DNA of 26,276 nucleotides, taken from Candidatus Latescibacterota bacterium. Its GTDB lineage: Bacteria > Latescibacterota > MVCY01. The translations under genes and the position numbers were made by a program. The notes beneath the pieces were generated by a model. The model saw nothing but the letters and a program-made list of their open reading frames with translations, did no database searches and was not told where the DNA came from. The DNA lies in NCBI GenBank assembly GCA_030629295.1, contig DAOVPH010000001.1, positions 1-26,276 of the forward strand. Reading direction: 5' to 3'. This document shows, piece by piece, positions 8,224-20,071 of the stretch; the stretch's first letter is position 1; every line of letters starts with the position of its first letter.

Positions 8224-11200
8224 GGAGTGTGAGAGTCTTGAGCAAAGCAGGTTTTGTTCAACGTTATTATTACGGGAAGCTGCCCACGGTTATTGATATA
8301 CCAGATCTGCTTGAGGTCCAGATTAATTCCTTTCGAGATTTTCTTCAGGCGGATGCTCCACCAGAGAAAAGGGCTCGACAGGGTATACAGGCTGTTTTTA
8401 TGGATATTTTCCCTATTACCGATGTGCATAATCTTTTTTCTCTGGAATTTTTGGGATATTCTATAGGCAAACCAAAATATAATATATTTGAATGCCAGGA
8501 GAGAAATCTGACCTATGCGGCTCCCTTAAAGGCCAGACTCAGATTAGACATCAGAGAACGGGGGCAGATGCAGTTTAAGGAGGGGATCGAACAGACCGTT
8601 TTCTTAGGAGAACTGCCTCTGATGACGGATAAGGGTAGCTTCGTCATAAACGGCGCTGAGAGGGTTATCGTTGCTCAGCTTCATCGCTCCCCGGGGGTGT
8701 TCTTTGACGAAATCACCCACCCCAGCGGCAGAAGACTTCACTCTGCTCGTATTATTCCTTATCGAGGTTCATGGGTCTCTTTAAAGACAGATATCAACGA
8801 TATTCTCTATGTCTATATCGACCAGACAAAAAAAGTATATGTGACAGTGCTGCTTCGAGCGCTTGGCTTTCTGGATAATGAGCAGATTCTGAATCTGTTT
8901 CGGGACAAAAAAGGGGTGGAACTGATCGAGAATACACTGAGCAAAGATTCCATCGACAACCAGGAAGAAGCTTGGTATGCCATATACAGCCTTATGCGCC
9001 CCGGCGAACCGCCGAATGTGCAGACAGCTCAAGAGTTCTTTAACAACCTCTTCTTCAACCCCAAACGCTACAATCTGGGTAAGGTAGGTAGATATAGAAT
9101 CAATCAACGTCTGGGGATAGATGTTCCTTCTGACACCACGGTGCTTACTCCTGAGGATTTTGTGAAGATTACAGAGTATATGCTGGCCCTATACGAAGGG
9201 GAGGGTTACACTGACGATATTGATCACTTGGGAAATCGAAGGGTAAGGTTGGTAGAAGAATTGCTCAGTGAGCAGCTCAATATAGCTTTTTCTCGGATGG
9301 CCAGGGTAATCCGGGAAAAGATAAATCTGCGTGGTTCCGATTCTATAATCCCTCAAGAACTGGTCAATGCTCGTATTATATCCGCAGTAGTAGATTCTTT
9401 CTTTGGCTCCAGCCAGCTGTCCCAGTTTATGGACCAGATGAACCCTCTGGCAGAGCTGGATCACAAAAGAAGGCTCAGTGCCCTTGGGCCAGGAGGACTT
9501 ACCAGAAAAAGCGCTGGGTTCGAGGTAAGGGATGTTCATCATACTCATTATGGCAGAGTATGTCCTATCGAAACTCCTGAGGGACAAAATATCGGACTCA
9601 TGATCCGTCTGGCTACTTATGCTCGGGTTAACTCCTTTGGGTTTATTGAAACACCTTACCGGAGAGTTAAGAAGGGTCGAGTAACTACTAAAATGGAGTA
9701 TCTTACGGCCGACGAAGAGGATAGATACACTATTGCTCAAGCCAACGCCCCCTTAACTGAGGATGGGAGTTTTGTTCTTGAGTTAGTCAGATGCCGTAGA
9801 CGAGGCGAATTTTCCCTTGTCCCTCCTTCTGAGATCGATTATATGGATGTTTCGCCTAAGCAGATGGTGGGAGGATCGGCTTCACTGATTCCATTTCTGG
9901 AACACGATGATGCCAGCCGTGCCCTGATGGGTTCCAACATGCAGCGTCAAGCAGTGCCGTTATTGAAGACCGAACTTCCACTGGTGGGAACCGGAATGGA
10001 GCATAAAGTAGCTATTGACTCCAGAGCGGTGGTATTAGCACAACAGGCAGGCAAGGTAATCAGTGTTGATGCTGACAGAATTGTCATAAATCCCAAGCAA
10101 CCAACCAACGAGCCTGTCCGACTGTTGGGGATATCCAATTACCACACATATGATTTAATTAAATTCAGACGTTCTAACTCCGACAGTTGTGTTAACCAAC
10201 GCCCTTTGGTAGAAGTGGGCGACAGGGTGGAGGCGGGGCAACTTATTGCTGACGGGCAGGCCACCAGTCACGGCGAGCTTGCTCTGGGTGCTAATCTACT
10301 GGTTGCCTTTATGCCTTGGGAGGGTTACAATTTCGAAGATGCTATTGTCGTTAGTGAAAGGTTGGTTAAGGAAGACGTATTTACTTCTATTCATATTGTA
10401 GAATTTGAGGTCCAGGTGCGGAGAACTAGACTGGGGCCAGAAGAGATAACCAGGGATATCCCTAATGTTGGCGAAGATATGGTGAAAGATTTGGACGAGA
10501 GAGGGATAATTCGAATTGGAGCGGAGGTAAAAGCTGGGGATATCTTGGTGGGAAAAGTGACACCCAAAGGTGAAACCGAGCTTTCTGCGGAGGAAAGATT
10601 GTTGAGAACCATCTTCGGCGAGAAGGCAGGAGAAGTACGCGACACCTCCTTGAAGGCCCCTCCGGGAATGGAAGGGGTGGTTGTGGATGCGAAGTTGTTT
10701 TCTCGTAAACACAGAGATGAAAAGACGGGGAAAGAAGACAGGGGAAAAATCGCCTCCTTAAAAAACGATGACCAAAAGAGAATTACAAAGATCAAAACAG
10801 CACGAGATAGAGAGGTGAAGCGTCTTCTCCAGGGACAATGTTCAGGTCTTCTTCGAGATACTGAAGATGGTTCCGTAATCTGTAAATTTGGAGAGATTCT
10901 GGATGAAGCTGCTTTGGATCAGATTGACTTAGATGTTGTCCATCCAGATGATAAATGGGTTGAGGATAGGGATAACAATAGTAGGATTGAGAGCTTAATG
11001 AAAGCCAGTCAAGAGCTAATCAGCTCTGTGGAAGACGAACTGGATCAGCAGATCGACACGGTAATCAGGGGAGAAGAGCTGCCGATAGGTATACTTCAAC
11101 TGGTGAAGGTTTATGTAGCGCAGAAGAGGAAGTTAACCGTGGGAGACAAGATGTCAGGGCGTCACGGGAACAAAGGAGTGGTATCAAAGGTTGTTCCTGA

Positions 11201-11831
11201 AGGAGATATGCCTTATTTGCCAGATGGTACCCCGGTGGATATTATCCTCAATCCATTAGGAGTGCCTTCACGGATGAATCTGGGGCAGATATTGGAGACC
11301 AATCTGGGTTGGGCAGCGAAGCGCCAGGGTATCTGTGTCTCTACGCCTGTTTTTGATGGGGCTTCTCTGAAAGAGATCGAACAGGCTTTGAGCAAAGCTG
11401 GGCTTCCCAAAAATGGGAAAACGGTGTTGTATGATGGCAAAACAGGAAAAAGGTTCGATGAAGAGGTGACTGTGGGTTACATCTACATGATGAAACTTTC
11501 CCATTTAGCGGAGGATAAAATCCACGCCCGGTCAATTGGCCCGTATTCTTTGGTTACACAGCAACCGCTGGGAGGGAAAGCCCAGTTCGGTGGACAGCGC
11601 TTTGGAGAAATGGAGGTGTGGGCATTAGAGGCCTACGGAGCAGCTCATCTTCTCCAAGAAATGCTCACCGTTAAATCCGACGATGTGGAAGGAAGATCTC
11701 ACACTTACGAAGCAATTGTTAAAGGAGAGAACCTGCCTGACCCCAATATCCCCGAATCTTTTAGGGTATTAGTTAAAGAATTGCAGAGCCTTGCTCTCGA
11801 CATTCAATTTGAGAACGGGAAGAGAAAGTAG
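8220..11831 (+). CDS. rpoB: DNA-directed RNA polymerase subunit beta
   Basis: [65 protein letters not shown]. Start is ATG 8220 (overlapping the rplL stop) or TTG 8238 (AGGAG at 8223-8227). Confidence 0.99.
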   Translation: MRSVRVLSKAGFVQRYYYGKLPTVIDIPDLLEVQINSFRDFLQADAPPEKRARQGIQAVFMDIFPITDVHNLFSLEFLGYSIGKPKYNIFECQERNLTYAAPLKARLRLDIRERGQMQFKEGIEQTVFLGELPLMTDKGSFVINGAERVIVAQLHRSPGVFFDEITHPSGRRLHSARIIPYRGSWVSLKTDINDILYVYIDQTKKVYVTVLLRALGFLDNEQILNLFRDKKGVELIENTLSKDSIDNQEEAWYAIYSLMRPGEPPNVQTAQEFFNNLFFNPKRYNLGKVGRYRINQRLGIDVPSDTTVLTPEDFVKITEYMLALYEGEGYTDDIDHLGNRRVRLVEELLSEQLNIAFSRMARVIREKINLRGSDSIIPQELVNARIISAVVDSFFGSSQLSQFMDQMNPLAELDHKRRLSALGPGGLTRKSAGFEVRDVHHTHYGRVCPIETPEGQNIGLMIRLATYARVNSFGFIETPYRRVKKGRVTTKMEYLTADEEDRYTIAQANAPLTEDGSFVLELVRCRRRGEFSLVPPSEIDYMDVSPKQMVGGSASLIPFLEHDDASRALMGSNMQRQAVPLLKTELPLVGTGMEHKVAIDSRAVVLAQQAGKVISVDADRIVINPKQPTNEPVRLLGISNYHTYDLIKFRRSNSDSCVNQRPLVEVGDRVEAGQLIADGQATSHGELALGANLLVAFMPWEGYNFEDAIVVSERLVKEDVFTSIHIVEFEVQVRRTRLGPEEITRDIPNVGEDMVKDLDERGIIRIGAEVKAGDILVGKVTPKGETELSAEERLLRTIFGEKAGEVRDTSLKAPPGMEGVVVDAKLFSRKHRDEKTGKEDRGKIASLKNDDQKRITKIKTARDREVKRLLQGQCSGLLRDTEDGSVICKFGEILDEAALDQIDLDVVHPDDKWVEDRDNNSRIESLMKASQELISSVEDELDQQIDTVIRGEELPIGILQLVKVYVAQKRKLTVGDKMSGRHGNKGVVSKVVPEGDMPYLPDGTPVDIILNPLGVPSRMNLGQILETNLGWAAKRQGICVSTPVFDGASLKEIEQALSKAGLPKNGKTVLYDGKTGKRFDEEVTVGYIYMMKLSHLAEDKIHARSIGPYSLVTQQPLGGKAQFGGQRFGEMEVWALEAYGAAHLLQEMLTVKSDDVEGRSHTYEAIVKGENLPDPNIPESFRVLVKELQSLALDIQFENGKRK

Positions 11832-11856
11832 GGACAGAACAATGTTCTGTCCCTAC
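11828..11856. repeat. GTAG-type REP palindrome overlapping the rpoB stop codon
   Basis: GTAGGGACAGAAC-AAT-GTTCTGTCCCTAC: perfect 13-bp stem, 3-nt loop, no U-tract. Confidence 0.8.
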
Positions 11857-11882
11857 AGTGCCCAAAGTGAGGTGATTGGAAA

Positions 11883-14800
11883 TTGAGTCCTACCGGGTTA
11901 AAGACAATGGATTTTGATGCCATCAAAGTGAAGATTGCTTCCCCGGATGCTATTCGTAGCTGGTCTCATGGCGAGATTACCCGGCCGGAGACTATCAATT
12001 ATCGTTCCTTTAAACCAGAGCGGGATGGGCTTTTCTGTGAGCGGATTTTTGGACCTGAAAAAGATTGGGAATGCCATTGTGGCAAATATAAACGCAGACG
12101 CTATGAAGGCGTAATCTGTGACAAATGTGGAGTGGAAGTGACACGCTCCAAAATACGCCGAGAGCGAATGGGCCATATTGAACTGGCGGTACCTGCAGCA
12201 CATATATGGTTTGTCAAATCCATTCCCTCAAAGATTGGCTATCTGTTAGATATGTCTGTTCCCGAACTGGGAAGAATCATATATTATGATTCTTATGTAG
12301 TTATAGATCCTGGAAATGCTCCCGTGGAGAAAGGGAATTTACTCTCTGAGGATGAGATGTTAGATCTAAGAGAAAAGGGATACACTTTCGACACTGAAAT
12401 AGGGGCCAATGCTCTAAAGAGATTATTGGAGAAGATAAATATTGAGGACCTCTCAGTAGAACTTAGAACCCAGGTGAAGATAGAAACTTCTGCTCAAAGG
12501 AAGCAAGATTTATTGAAGAGATTGAGGGTTGTTGAGGGTTTTCGCCAGTCAGGAAATAGGCCTGAGTGGATGATCCTGAAGGTGCTGCCGGTTCTGCCTC
12601 CTGACCTTAGACCGTTGATCCCTTTGGAGGGAGGCAGATTTGCTACCTCTGATTTGAATGATCTTTACCGGAGGGTGATAAACCGGAATAACCGGTTGAA
12701 GAAGTTGATGCAGATTGGTGCTCCGGAGATAATTTTACGCAATGAGAAGAGAATGCTTCAGGAGGCAGTAGATGCCCTTTTGGACAATAGCCGTCGTTCC
12801 ACCACTACCCGGGCGGATAGTAGAAGGGAACTTAAGTCTCTCAGCGAGCTTATCAGGGGAAAACAAGGTAGATTCCGCCAAAATCTGCTGGGGAAGCGAG
12901 TCGACTATTCAGGCAGAGCAGTTATTGTAGTTGGTCCAGAGTTAAAGCTCTACCAGTGTGGCTTGCCCAAGGAGATGGCTTTGGAGCTATTTAAACCCTT
13001 TGTTATTAGACTATTGGTAAGAAGGGGCGTAGCACAGACAGTGAAGAGCGCCAAAAGGCTAATTGAGCGCAAAAGATCGGAAATCTGGGGCGCTCTGGAA
13101 GAAGCTATTCAAGACCGCTGTGTACTTCTCAATCGGGCTCCTACATTACACCGCCTTGGCATCCAGGCCTTTGAACCTGTGTTAGTGGAGGAGAAGGCGA
13201 TAAGGATTCATCCTTTGGTCTGTGCCGCTTTTAATGCCGATTTCGATGGCGACCAGATGGCAGTGCATATTCCCTTGTCTATTGAGGCCCAGATTGAGGC
13301 CAGGGTGCTAATGCTTTCCTCTAAGAATGTCCTTTTGCCTGCTAATGGCAAACCTGTCATTATTGATAAACCCCAGGATATCGCTCTGGGATGTTACTAT
13401 CTTACCAAGATAAAACCTGACAGCCATGGAGAAGGAAAGATATTCTCCAATCCAGAAGAGGTTCTGTTTGCTCACGAACACGATAGCGTTGGACTCCATG
13501 CCAAGATCAAGGTTAGGGTCGATGGTACCATAATCGAGACAACCGCGGGCAGGATCATCTTCAACCAGATACTTCCCCAGGGGTTTGGTTTTGTGAATAA
13601 GCTGCTGGAGAAAAACCAACTCCAAGAGATAGCGGCTTCCATCTATCGGAAGCTGGGAGCAACTCAGACGGTAGAGTTTGTTGATAAACTGAAGGATTTA
13701 GGATTCCACTATGCCACCCAAGCAGGTGTGACTTTTGGAATAGATGATTTGATCATTCCCCCGGAGAAACAGACCATAGTAAAAGAGGCTATGGGAGAGG
13801 TGAGTGAGATAGAAAAGCAGTACAATCAAGGGGTTATTACTGATAGTGAAAGATACAATAAAATTATTGATATCTGGACCCATACCACTAATGATGTGTC
13901 TCAGGCACTGCTTGAGGCACTAAGCAAGGATAGGCACGGTTTTAATCCGGTTTTTATGATGGCAGATTCGGGCGCTCGGGGCAGTCAGGAACAGATACGA
14001 CAGTTAGCAGGGATGCGAGGGTTAATGTCGAAACCTCAGAGGAAACTTACCGGGGGAGTAGGGGAGATCATTGAAACCCCTATCATTGCTAACTTTCGCG
14101 AAGGGCTTTCTGTGCTTGAGTATTTCATTTCTACCCATGGTACACGCAAAGGATTGGCAGATACGGCATTAAAGACAGCCGAAGCTGGTTACCTGACCAG
14201 AAAACTGGTGGATGTCGCCCAAGATGTAACTGTCATGGGACAGGATTGTGGGAGTATTCGGGGGATAAAGATTGAGGCGCTGAAGGATGGAGATGAGGTA
14301 GTAGAACCCTTGTTTGACAGAATTGTAGGCCGTGTGCTCTCAGAGGATGTAGCTGACCCTTTCACCGGGGAAATAATTACCTCTGCCGGACAGGAGATTA
14401 CTGAAGAGGTGGCTTCCAGAATAGTTGACGCTGGAGTTGAGTCAGCAAACATCCGTTCGGTGCTTACCTGTGAGTCCCGAAAGGGTGTTTGCGTCAACTG
14501 CTATGGAAGAAACTTAGCCACTGGAAAGCTGGTAAATATCGGTGAAGCAGTGGGGATTATTGCGGCTCAGAGTATTGGAGAGCCAGGGACTCAGTTGACT
14601 TTGAGGACTTTTCATGTGGGGGGTACGGCAAGCAGGATTGCAGAACAGTCCGAAATAGCGGCAAGACGTCCAGGAAAGGTGCAATACAGAGACATAAACT
14701 ATGTATCCAAGGACGGCAACAAACCTCCGTTTATTGTAGTAGGGAGAAACGGTTACTTAGAGTTGTTGGATGAACAAGAGATGGTACGAGGGAAACAGCA

Positions 14801-16028
14801 TGTGCCTTATGGTGCCCAACTTCTGGTGAAAGAGGGACAAAAGGTCGAGAAATCGGATGTGCTGATCAGATGGGATCCTTACAGCAATGTGATTTTGACC
14901 GACCGCCCTGGAAGGGTTAAATTCGTTGACATTAAGGACGGGGTTACCCTGCGCGAAGAGCTGGATGAAATAACAGGTCTGCGGCAGCGTGTCATTGTTG
15001 AACAGCGTGACAGATCCTTAAGTCCATGTATTGAAGTCCTTGACCCCAAAGGAAATAGACTTCGCAACTATAGTATTCCTGTGGGAGCACATCTACTGGT
15101 TCATGACAAGCAGACACTTGAGCCGGGAGATACGCTGGTTAAGATCCCCCGCGCTATGGTTAAGACAAAAGATATCACGGGTGGTCTGCCCAGAGTAACC
15201 GAACTGTTTGAGGCCCGAATTCCTAAATCTCTGGCCGTGGTCACTGAAATAGATGGGGAAGTCAAAATAGGAGGATTAATTCGAGGTTCCAGGGAGATAA
15301 TCGTCACTGGCGAAACTGGAGAACAGAGGACATATCTAATCCCTTACGGCAAACATTTAGTAGTTCACGATGGCGATTATGTGACCGCAGGAGAAAAGCT
15401 TTCCGAAGGTCCGGTGAATCCCCATGATACTTTGGCAATTCTGGGGCCGCAGAGGGTGGCTGAATACTTGGTTAATGAGGTCCAAGAAGTCTATCGTATG
15501 CAGGGAGTGAGGGTAAACGACAAGCATATAGAGATAATCGTTCGCCAGATGCTTCAAAAGGTGAAAATAATCGATCCAGGTGATACTAACTTTCTGGAAG
15601 GTGAGCGGGTGAATCGTTGGGTTGTGAATGAGGAGAACCAAAGAATAAATGCCGAAGGCGGCAAACCTACCACCTATGATTACGTGCTACTGGGAATAAC
15701 CAAAGCTTCCCTGATGACCGACAGTTTTATCTCAGCAGCCTCATTTCAGGAAACAACCCGGGTGCTTGCCGATGCGGCAGTGCAGGGCAAGGTCGATAGG
15801 CTGGCTGGGTTGAAGGAGAATGTCATTGTCGGGCGGCTTATTCCTGCCGGAACAGGAGCACCTCGATACAGAGGAATATCTTTTGTGGAGACCGACAATG
15901 TGACCATTGAACAGGAAACCTCGCCGGAAAGTGATTTGATACCTCAGGTGTCGTCAGTTTCCGTTGCCTCAGAACAGACCGCTAAGGAGGAGGATGTATT
16001 AAGTGCCGACTATAAATCAGCTAATTAG
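11883..16028 (+). CDS. rpoC: DNA-directed RNA polymerase subunit beta'
   Basis: Zn finger [18 protein letters not shown], bridge helix, trigger loop [13 protein letters not shown] followed by a large SI3-like insert, GRLIPAGTG; TTG start with GAGGTG RBS. Confidence 0.99.
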   Translation: MSPTGLKTMDFDAIKVKIASPDAIRSWSHGEITRPETINYRSFKPERDGLFCERIFGPEKDWECHCGKYKRRRYEGVICDKCGVEVTRSKIRRERMGHIELAVPAAHIWFVKSIPSKIGYLLDMSVPELGRIIYYDSYVVIDPGNAPVEKGNLLSEDEMLDLREKGYTFDTEIGANALKRLLEKINIEDLSVELRTQVKIETSAQRKQDLLKRLRVVEGFRQSGNRPEWMILKVLPVLPPDLRPLIPLEGGRFATSDLNDLYRRVINRNNRLKKLMQIGAPEIILRNEKRMLQEAVDALLDNSRRSTTTRADSRRELKSLSELIRGKQGRFRQNLLGKRVDYSGRAVIVVGPELKLYQCGLPKEMALELFKPFVIRLLVRRGVAQTVKSAKRLIERKRSEIWGALEEAIQDRCVLLNRAPTLHRLGIQAFEPVLVEEKAIRIHPLVCAAFNADFDGDQMAVHIPLSIEAQIEARVLMLSSKNVLLPANGKPVIIDKPQDIALGCYYLTKIKPDSHGEGKIFSNPEEVLFAHEHDSVGLHAKIKVRVDGTIIETTAGRIIFNQILPQGFGFVNKLLEKNQLQEIAASIYRKLGATQTVEFVDKLKDLGFHYATQAGVTFGIDDLIIPPEKQTIVKEAMGEVSEIEKQYNQGVITDSERYNKIIDIWTHTTNDVSQALLEALSKDRHGFNPVFMMADSGARGSQEQIRQLAGMRGLMSKPQRKLTGGVGEIIETPIIANFREGLSVLEYFISTHGTRKGLADTALKTAEAGYLTRKLVDVAQDVTVMGQDCGSIRGIKIEALKDGDEVVEPLFDRIVGRVLSEDVADPFTGEIITSAGQEITEEVASRIVDAGVESANIRSVLTCESRKGVCVNCYGRNLATGKLVNIGEAVGIIAAQSIGEPGTQLTLRTFHVGGTASRIAEQSEIAARRPGKVQYRDINYVSKDGNKPPFIVVGRNGYLELLDEQEMVRGKQHVPYGAQLLVKEGQKVEKSDVLIRWDPYSNVILTDRPGRVKFVDIKDGVTLREELDEITGLRQRVIVEQRDRSLSPCIEVLDPKGNRLRNYSIPVGAHLLVHDKQTLEPGDTLVKIPRAMVKTKDITGGLPRVTELFEARIPKSLAVVTEIDGEVKIGGLIRGSREIIVTGETGEQRTYLIPYGKHLVVHDGDYVTAGEKLSEGPVNPHDTLAILGPQRVAEYLVNEVQEVYRMQGVRVNDKHIEIIVRQMLQKVKIIDPGDTNFLEGERVNRWVVNEENQRINAEGGKPTTYDYVLLGITKASLMTDSFISAASFQETTRVLADAAVQGKVDRLAGLKENVIVGRLIPAGTGAPRYRGISFVETDNVTIEQETSPESDLIPQVSSVSVASEQTAKEEDVLSADYKSAN

Positions 16029-16377
16029 AAAAGGACGAAAAAAGGTTACCAAGAAGAACTCAGCTCCAGCCTTAAGGAATTGTCCCCAAAGAAAAGGAGT
16101 TTGTACTCGTGTTTACACTTTGACCCCCAAGAAGCCGAATTCCTCACTAAAAAAGGTGACCAGAGTTCGACTAACTACTGGTATAGAGGTAACTGCCTAC
16201 ATACCAGGGGAGGGACATAATCTTCAAGAGCACTCCATTGTCTTGGTCAGAGGAGGAAGAGTTAAAGACCTTCCTGGTGTTAGGTATCATATTATTCGGG
16301 GAGTGTTGGATACAGCCGGAGTTGAGGACAGAAAGAAATCTCGCTCTAAGTACGGCGCCAAAAGACCTAAGTCTTAA
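16003..16377 (+). CDS. rpsL: 30S ribosomal protein S12
   Basis: [39 protein letters not shown]; GTG start with AAGGAGGAGG RBS inside rpoC. Confidence 0.99.
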   Translation: MPTINQLIRKGRKKVTKKNSAPALRNCPQRKGVCTRVYTLTPKKPNSSLKKVTRVRLTTGIEVTAYIPGEGHNLQEHSIVLVRGGRVKDLPGVRYHIIRGVLDTAGVEDRKKSRSKYGAKRPKS

Positions 16378-16400
16378 AAGGATATATGAAGGAGGAATAG

Positions 16401-16871
16401 ATGCCGCGAAGAAGAAGGCCAGAGAAACGGCAATTGTTACCCGATCCCAAATATGGCAGTGTTTTGGTGACGAAATTCGTCAACAACCTGATGCGGCAAG
16501 GGAAGAAAAGTGTAGCCGAGTCTATATTTTACAGAGCAATAGACTTAGTTGAAGAAAAGACTGGACAAAACGGCTTAGAGGTTTTCCAAAAGGCGGCAGA
16601 GAATGTCAAGCCGGTTGTAGAGGTTAAGCCCCGTCGAGTAGGGGGGGCGACCTATCAGATACCGGTGGAGGTGAGATCGGAGCGCAAACTTGCCCTTTCC
16701 ATAAAGTGGATAATCTCTTTCACCAGGTCCCGTTCGGAGAAGACTATGGCAGAACGCCTGGCAGCGGAGTTACTTGCCGCTTCCAAGGGGGAGGGTGCAT
16801 CTATCAAAAAACGGGACGACACCCACAGAATGGCAGAGGCTAATAAGGCATTTGCCCACTATCGTTGGTAG
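16401..16871 (+). CDS. rpsG: 30S ribosomal protein S7
   Basis: [33 protein letters not shown]. Confidence 0.99.
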   Translation: MPRRRRPEKRQLLPDPKYGSVLVTKFVNNLMRQGKKSVAESIFYRAIDLVEEKTGQNGLEVFQKAAENVKPVVEVKPRRVGGATYQIPVEVRSERKLALSIKWIISFTRSRSEKTMAERLAAELLAASKGEGASIKKRDDTHRMAEANKAFAHYRW

Positions 16872-16875
16872 CAAC

Positions 16876-16982
16876 TTGGTTACTGATGAGAGAGGTAGAG
16901 ACGACCCGGCGGGTCGTCTCTACGATATATCCTCTTTGTCATTTAGCATGCCATTTTTCGACAGAATCTCATCAGTCGCCAA
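16876..16982. repeat. Nested repeat: 75-bp copy of the MITE right half inside a 16-bp inverted repeat
   Basis: 16895-16969 aligns without gaps to 3358-3432 at 65/75 nt by my count. Flanks TTGGTTACTGATGAGA (16876-16891) and TCTCATCAGTCGCCAA (16967-16982) are 14/16 inverted. Confidence 0.8.
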
Positions 16983-16999
16983 TCACCACGAAATAGACT

Positions 17000-19090
17000 A
17001 TGCCCAGACAATATTCACTTGAAGATACCCGCAATATCGGAATCATTGCCCATATTGATGCGGGCAAAACTACAACCACCGAGAGGATCCTTTACTACAC
17101 CGGTAGGCTCCACAGAATGGGAGAGGTGGATGAGGGTTCAGCAACGATGGATTGGATGGAGCAGGAGAAAGAGCGGGGTATTACCATCACGATGGCGGCA
17201 ACGACCTGTTTCTGGGGAGATCACCGGATAAACATCATCGACACACCTGGGCATGTGGATTTCACCGCCGAGGTAGAGAGATCCCTGCGAGTATTGGATG
17301 GGGCCATCGGCATCTTCTGCGCCGTTGGCGGAGTGGAACCACAGTCAGAGACGGTGTGGCGGCAAGCAGATCGATATAACATCCCCAGGTTTGCCTTCAT
17401 AAACAAAATGGACAGAGTGGGAGCTAACTTCTACTATGCATTGGATATGTTGAAAGATAAATTAGGGGGAAATTTCGTGCCTGTACAGTTGCCTATTGGT
17501 TCTGGCGATATATTCACGGGATTGATAGACCTTATTACTATGAAAGCCGTCACTTACCAAGACGATACCTTTGGAGTGGTTTTCACTGAGAATCCTATCC
17601 CTAAAGATCTGAAACCTCAGGCAGATCAGTATCGAGAGCAGATGTTGGAAGCCCTGTCTGACTATGATGATCATCTTATGGAGAGTTTTCTTGAGGGCAA
17701 AGAGATCCCCCCGACACAGATCAGGAGTGCTCTGCGCAAGGCAGTGCTCAACGTGAGTGTATTCCCGGTGTTCTGTGGCTCTGCTGCCAAAAATAAAGGA
17801 ATCCAACGCCTATTAGATGGTGTAGTGGACTATCTGCCCTCGCCTTCAGATATCGGAGAGATAATCGGGAAACACCCCCTGACGGGAGAACAGGTGAAAA
17901 GAAAACCTTCTGACAAGGATCCCTTGGCCGTCCTTGCTTTTAAGGTTATGACCGATCCCTATGTGGGACGATTGACTTTCTTGCGGGTGTACTCAGGAGT
18001 GTTGAAAGCAGGGTCTCATGTTTACAATCCTTCCCTGGAGCGGAAGGAAAGAATCAGCAGAATTCTTCAGATGCATGCCAATAAGAGGGAAAATAGAGAA
18101 GAGCTCTATGCCGGGGATATTGCTGCTGCTGTGGGTTTGAAGGACACGAAGACAGGTGACACACTGTGCGAGAAAGGTCGTCCTCTTATCTTAGAGTCAA
18201 TGGAGTTTGACAAGCCGGTGGTCTATATTGCCATTGAGCCCAAGACAAAAGCCGATCAGCAACAGCTGGAAGATGCGCTGCAGAAACTTGTTGAGGAGGA
18301 TCCCACTTTCAATGTCTCGTTTAACAAGGAGACGGGGCAGACTCTGATTGGTGGCATGGGGGAACTACACCTGGAGATTATCACTGACCGCATGTCTCGC
18401 GAATTCAACGTTCAAGCCAATGTGGGCAGTCCTCAGGTCGCCTATAAGGAATCAATCCGGAAGGCTGTTACCAGTGAAGGCAAGTTTATTCGTCAGTCGG
18501 GAGGAAGAGGACAGTACGGCCATGTATGGCTCGCGTTGGAGCCCTCTGAACCAGGAGCGGGTTTCATCTTCGAGGATAAGATAGTTAGAGGAGCCATTCC
18601 TCGGGAATACATCCCCGCTGTGGCCGGAGGAGTGAAGGAGGCGCTGACTAGCGGGGTCTTGGCAGGATACCCGATAGAGGATGTTAAGGTTACTCTGTAC
18701 GATGGTTCTTACCATGAGGTAGATTCCTCTGAGGTGGCCTTTAAGATGGCGGGAATTATTGCATTCAGAGAAGGGACCAGGAAGGCTGATCCTTACCTGT
18801 TAGAACCGGTGGTGGATGTGGAACTCATTGTCCCGGAGAACTATATGGGGGAGGTTATCGGTGATCTCAACTCAAGACGGGGACGCATCGCGGGGATATT
18901 TTCCCGTTCTGATGCCCAGGTAATTACTGCAGTGGTTCCCCTTGTCGAAATGTTCGGTTATGCCACCCGACTCAGATCTCTCACTCAAGGGCGGGCTGTT
19001 TATACTATGCAGTTTTCCAAATACGAAGAGGTCCCTCAGTCAATCTCTGACCAGATCATCACTAAATTTCAGGGCTCGCCCCGGGGGTAG
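17000..19090 (+). CDS. fusA: Elongation factor G
   Basis: [64 protein letters not shown]. Confidence 0.99.
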   Translation: MPRQYSLEDTRNIGIIAHIDAGKTTTTERILYYTGRLHRMGEVDEGSATMDWMEQEKERGITITMAATTCFWGDHRINIIDTPGHVDFTAEVERSLRVLDGAIGIFCAVGGVEPQSETVWRQADRYNIPRFAFINKMDRVGANFYYALDMLKDKLGGNFVPVQLPIGSGDIFTGLIDLITMKAVTYQDDTFGVVFTENPIPKDLKPQADQYREQMLEALSDYDDHLMESFLEGKEIPPTQIRSALRKAVLNVSVFPVFCGSAAKNKGIQRLLDGVVDYLPSPSDIGEIIGKHPLTGEQVKRKPSDKDPLAVLAFKVMTDPYVGRLTFLRVYSGVLKAGSHVYNPSLERKERISRILQMHANKRENREELYAGDIAAAVGLKDTKTGDTLCEKGRPLILESMEFDKPVVYIAIEPKTKADQQQLEDALQKLVEEDPTFNVSFNKETGQTLIGGMGELHLEIITDRMSREFNVQANVGSPQVAYKESIRKAVTSEGKFIRQSGGRGQYGHVWLALEPSEPGAGFIFEDKIVRGAIPREYIPAVAGGVKEALTSGVLAGYPIEDVKVTLYDGSYHEVDSSEVAFKMAGIIAFREGTRKADPYLLEPVVDVELIVPENYMGEVIGDLNSRRGRIAGIFSRSDAQVITAVVPLVEMFGYATRLRSLTQGRAVYTMQFSKYEEVPQSISDQIITKFQGSPRG

Positions 19091-19137
19091 CTTTGTACCT
19101 TACGGGGCAAGTGACCTTTTCTTCAGGAGGTTGATAA

Positions 19138-19446
19138 GTGGCAACTCAAAAAATCAGAATTAGACTCAAAGCCTACGACCATGCAATGTTGGACCGTTCG
19201 GTCGATGACATAATCCAAACTGTGAAAAGAAGTGGAGCCAAGGTGTTGGGTCCTATCCCTCTGCCTACAAAAAGAACAGTCTACACCGTGCTTCGCTCTC
19301 CTAACATAGACAAAAAATCTCGTGAACAGTTCGAGATGAGAATCCATAAGAGGTTGATCGAGATCTACGACTCAACACCCCAAACTGTAGATGCATTGAT
19401 GAAATTAGATCTGCCGACGGGAATAGATGTGGAGATCAAGGTATAA
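19138..19446 (+). CDS. rpsJ: 30S ribosomal protein S10
   Basis: [34 protein letters not shown]; GTG start with CAGGAGG. Confidence 0.99.
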   Translation: MATQKIRIRLKAYDHAMLDRSVDDIIQTVKRSGAKVLGPIPLPTKRTVYTVLRSPNIDKKSREQFEMRIHKRLIEIYDSTPQTVDALMKLDLPTGIDVEIKV

Positions 19447-19447
19447 G

Positions 19448-20071
19448 ATGAACGGAATGATTGGCAGAAAAGTAGCTATGACTCAGACATTTAAGGATAA
19501 TGGGAATTCAGTGGCAGCCACCGTGATTCAGGTTGGCCCCTGTCCTGTGGTAGGAGTCAAGAGAAAAGAAAAGCATGGCTATGATGCTGTGCAGCTTGGT
19601 TTTGGTGAGACTAAGCCCAAAAATGTTACTCGTCCCTTGCGAGTTATCTTCGAGAAGGCTAAGGTTCCTCCAATGAGAGTGTTGAAAGAATTTCACACTG
19701 AGGGGAAAGAGCAGCTCAAACCTGGAGATTGGGTCAAGGTAGAGATCTTTAAGGTGGGAGAGAAGGTGAACATTCAAGGGGTGTCCAAAGGCAAAGGGTT
19801 TGCTGGAAGCATTAAAAGATGGGGTTTTGCCGGTGGGCCCAAGACTCATGGTCAGTCAGATCGGCACCGAGCACCTGGTTCTATTGGGGCTTCCTCTTCA
19901 CCATCACGGGTGTGGAAAGGACAGCGGATGGCCGGCAGGATGGGTGCTGAAAATGTGACCGTGAAAAACTTAGAAGTGCTTGAAGTTGACTTAGAAAGGA
20001 ATTTAGTAGTAGTTAAAGGTGCCGTACCAGGACCGAAGAATGGGATTATTTTCCTGAGACGCAGCACCTAA
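19448..20071 (+). CDS. rplC: 50S ribosomal protein L3
   Basis: GRKVAMTQ, GYDAVQLGF, SKGKGFAG, HRAPGSIG, MAGRMG; ATG 19448 directly after the rpsJ stop. Confidence 0.98.
   Translation: MNGMIGRKVAMTQTFKDNGNSVAATVIQVGPCPVVGVKRKEKHGYDAVQLGFGETKPKNVTRPLRVIFEKAKVPPMRVLKEFHTEGKEQLKPGDWVKVEIFKVGEKVNIQGVSKGKGFAGSIKRWGFAGGPKTHGQSDRHRAPGSIGASSSPSRVWKGQRMAGRMGAENVTVKNLEVLEVDLERNLVVVKGAVPGPKNGIIFLRRST

Noticed and set aside
16003-16377. Streptomycin-resistance allele in rpsL
   Set aside because: The K42 and K87 equivalents are wild type.
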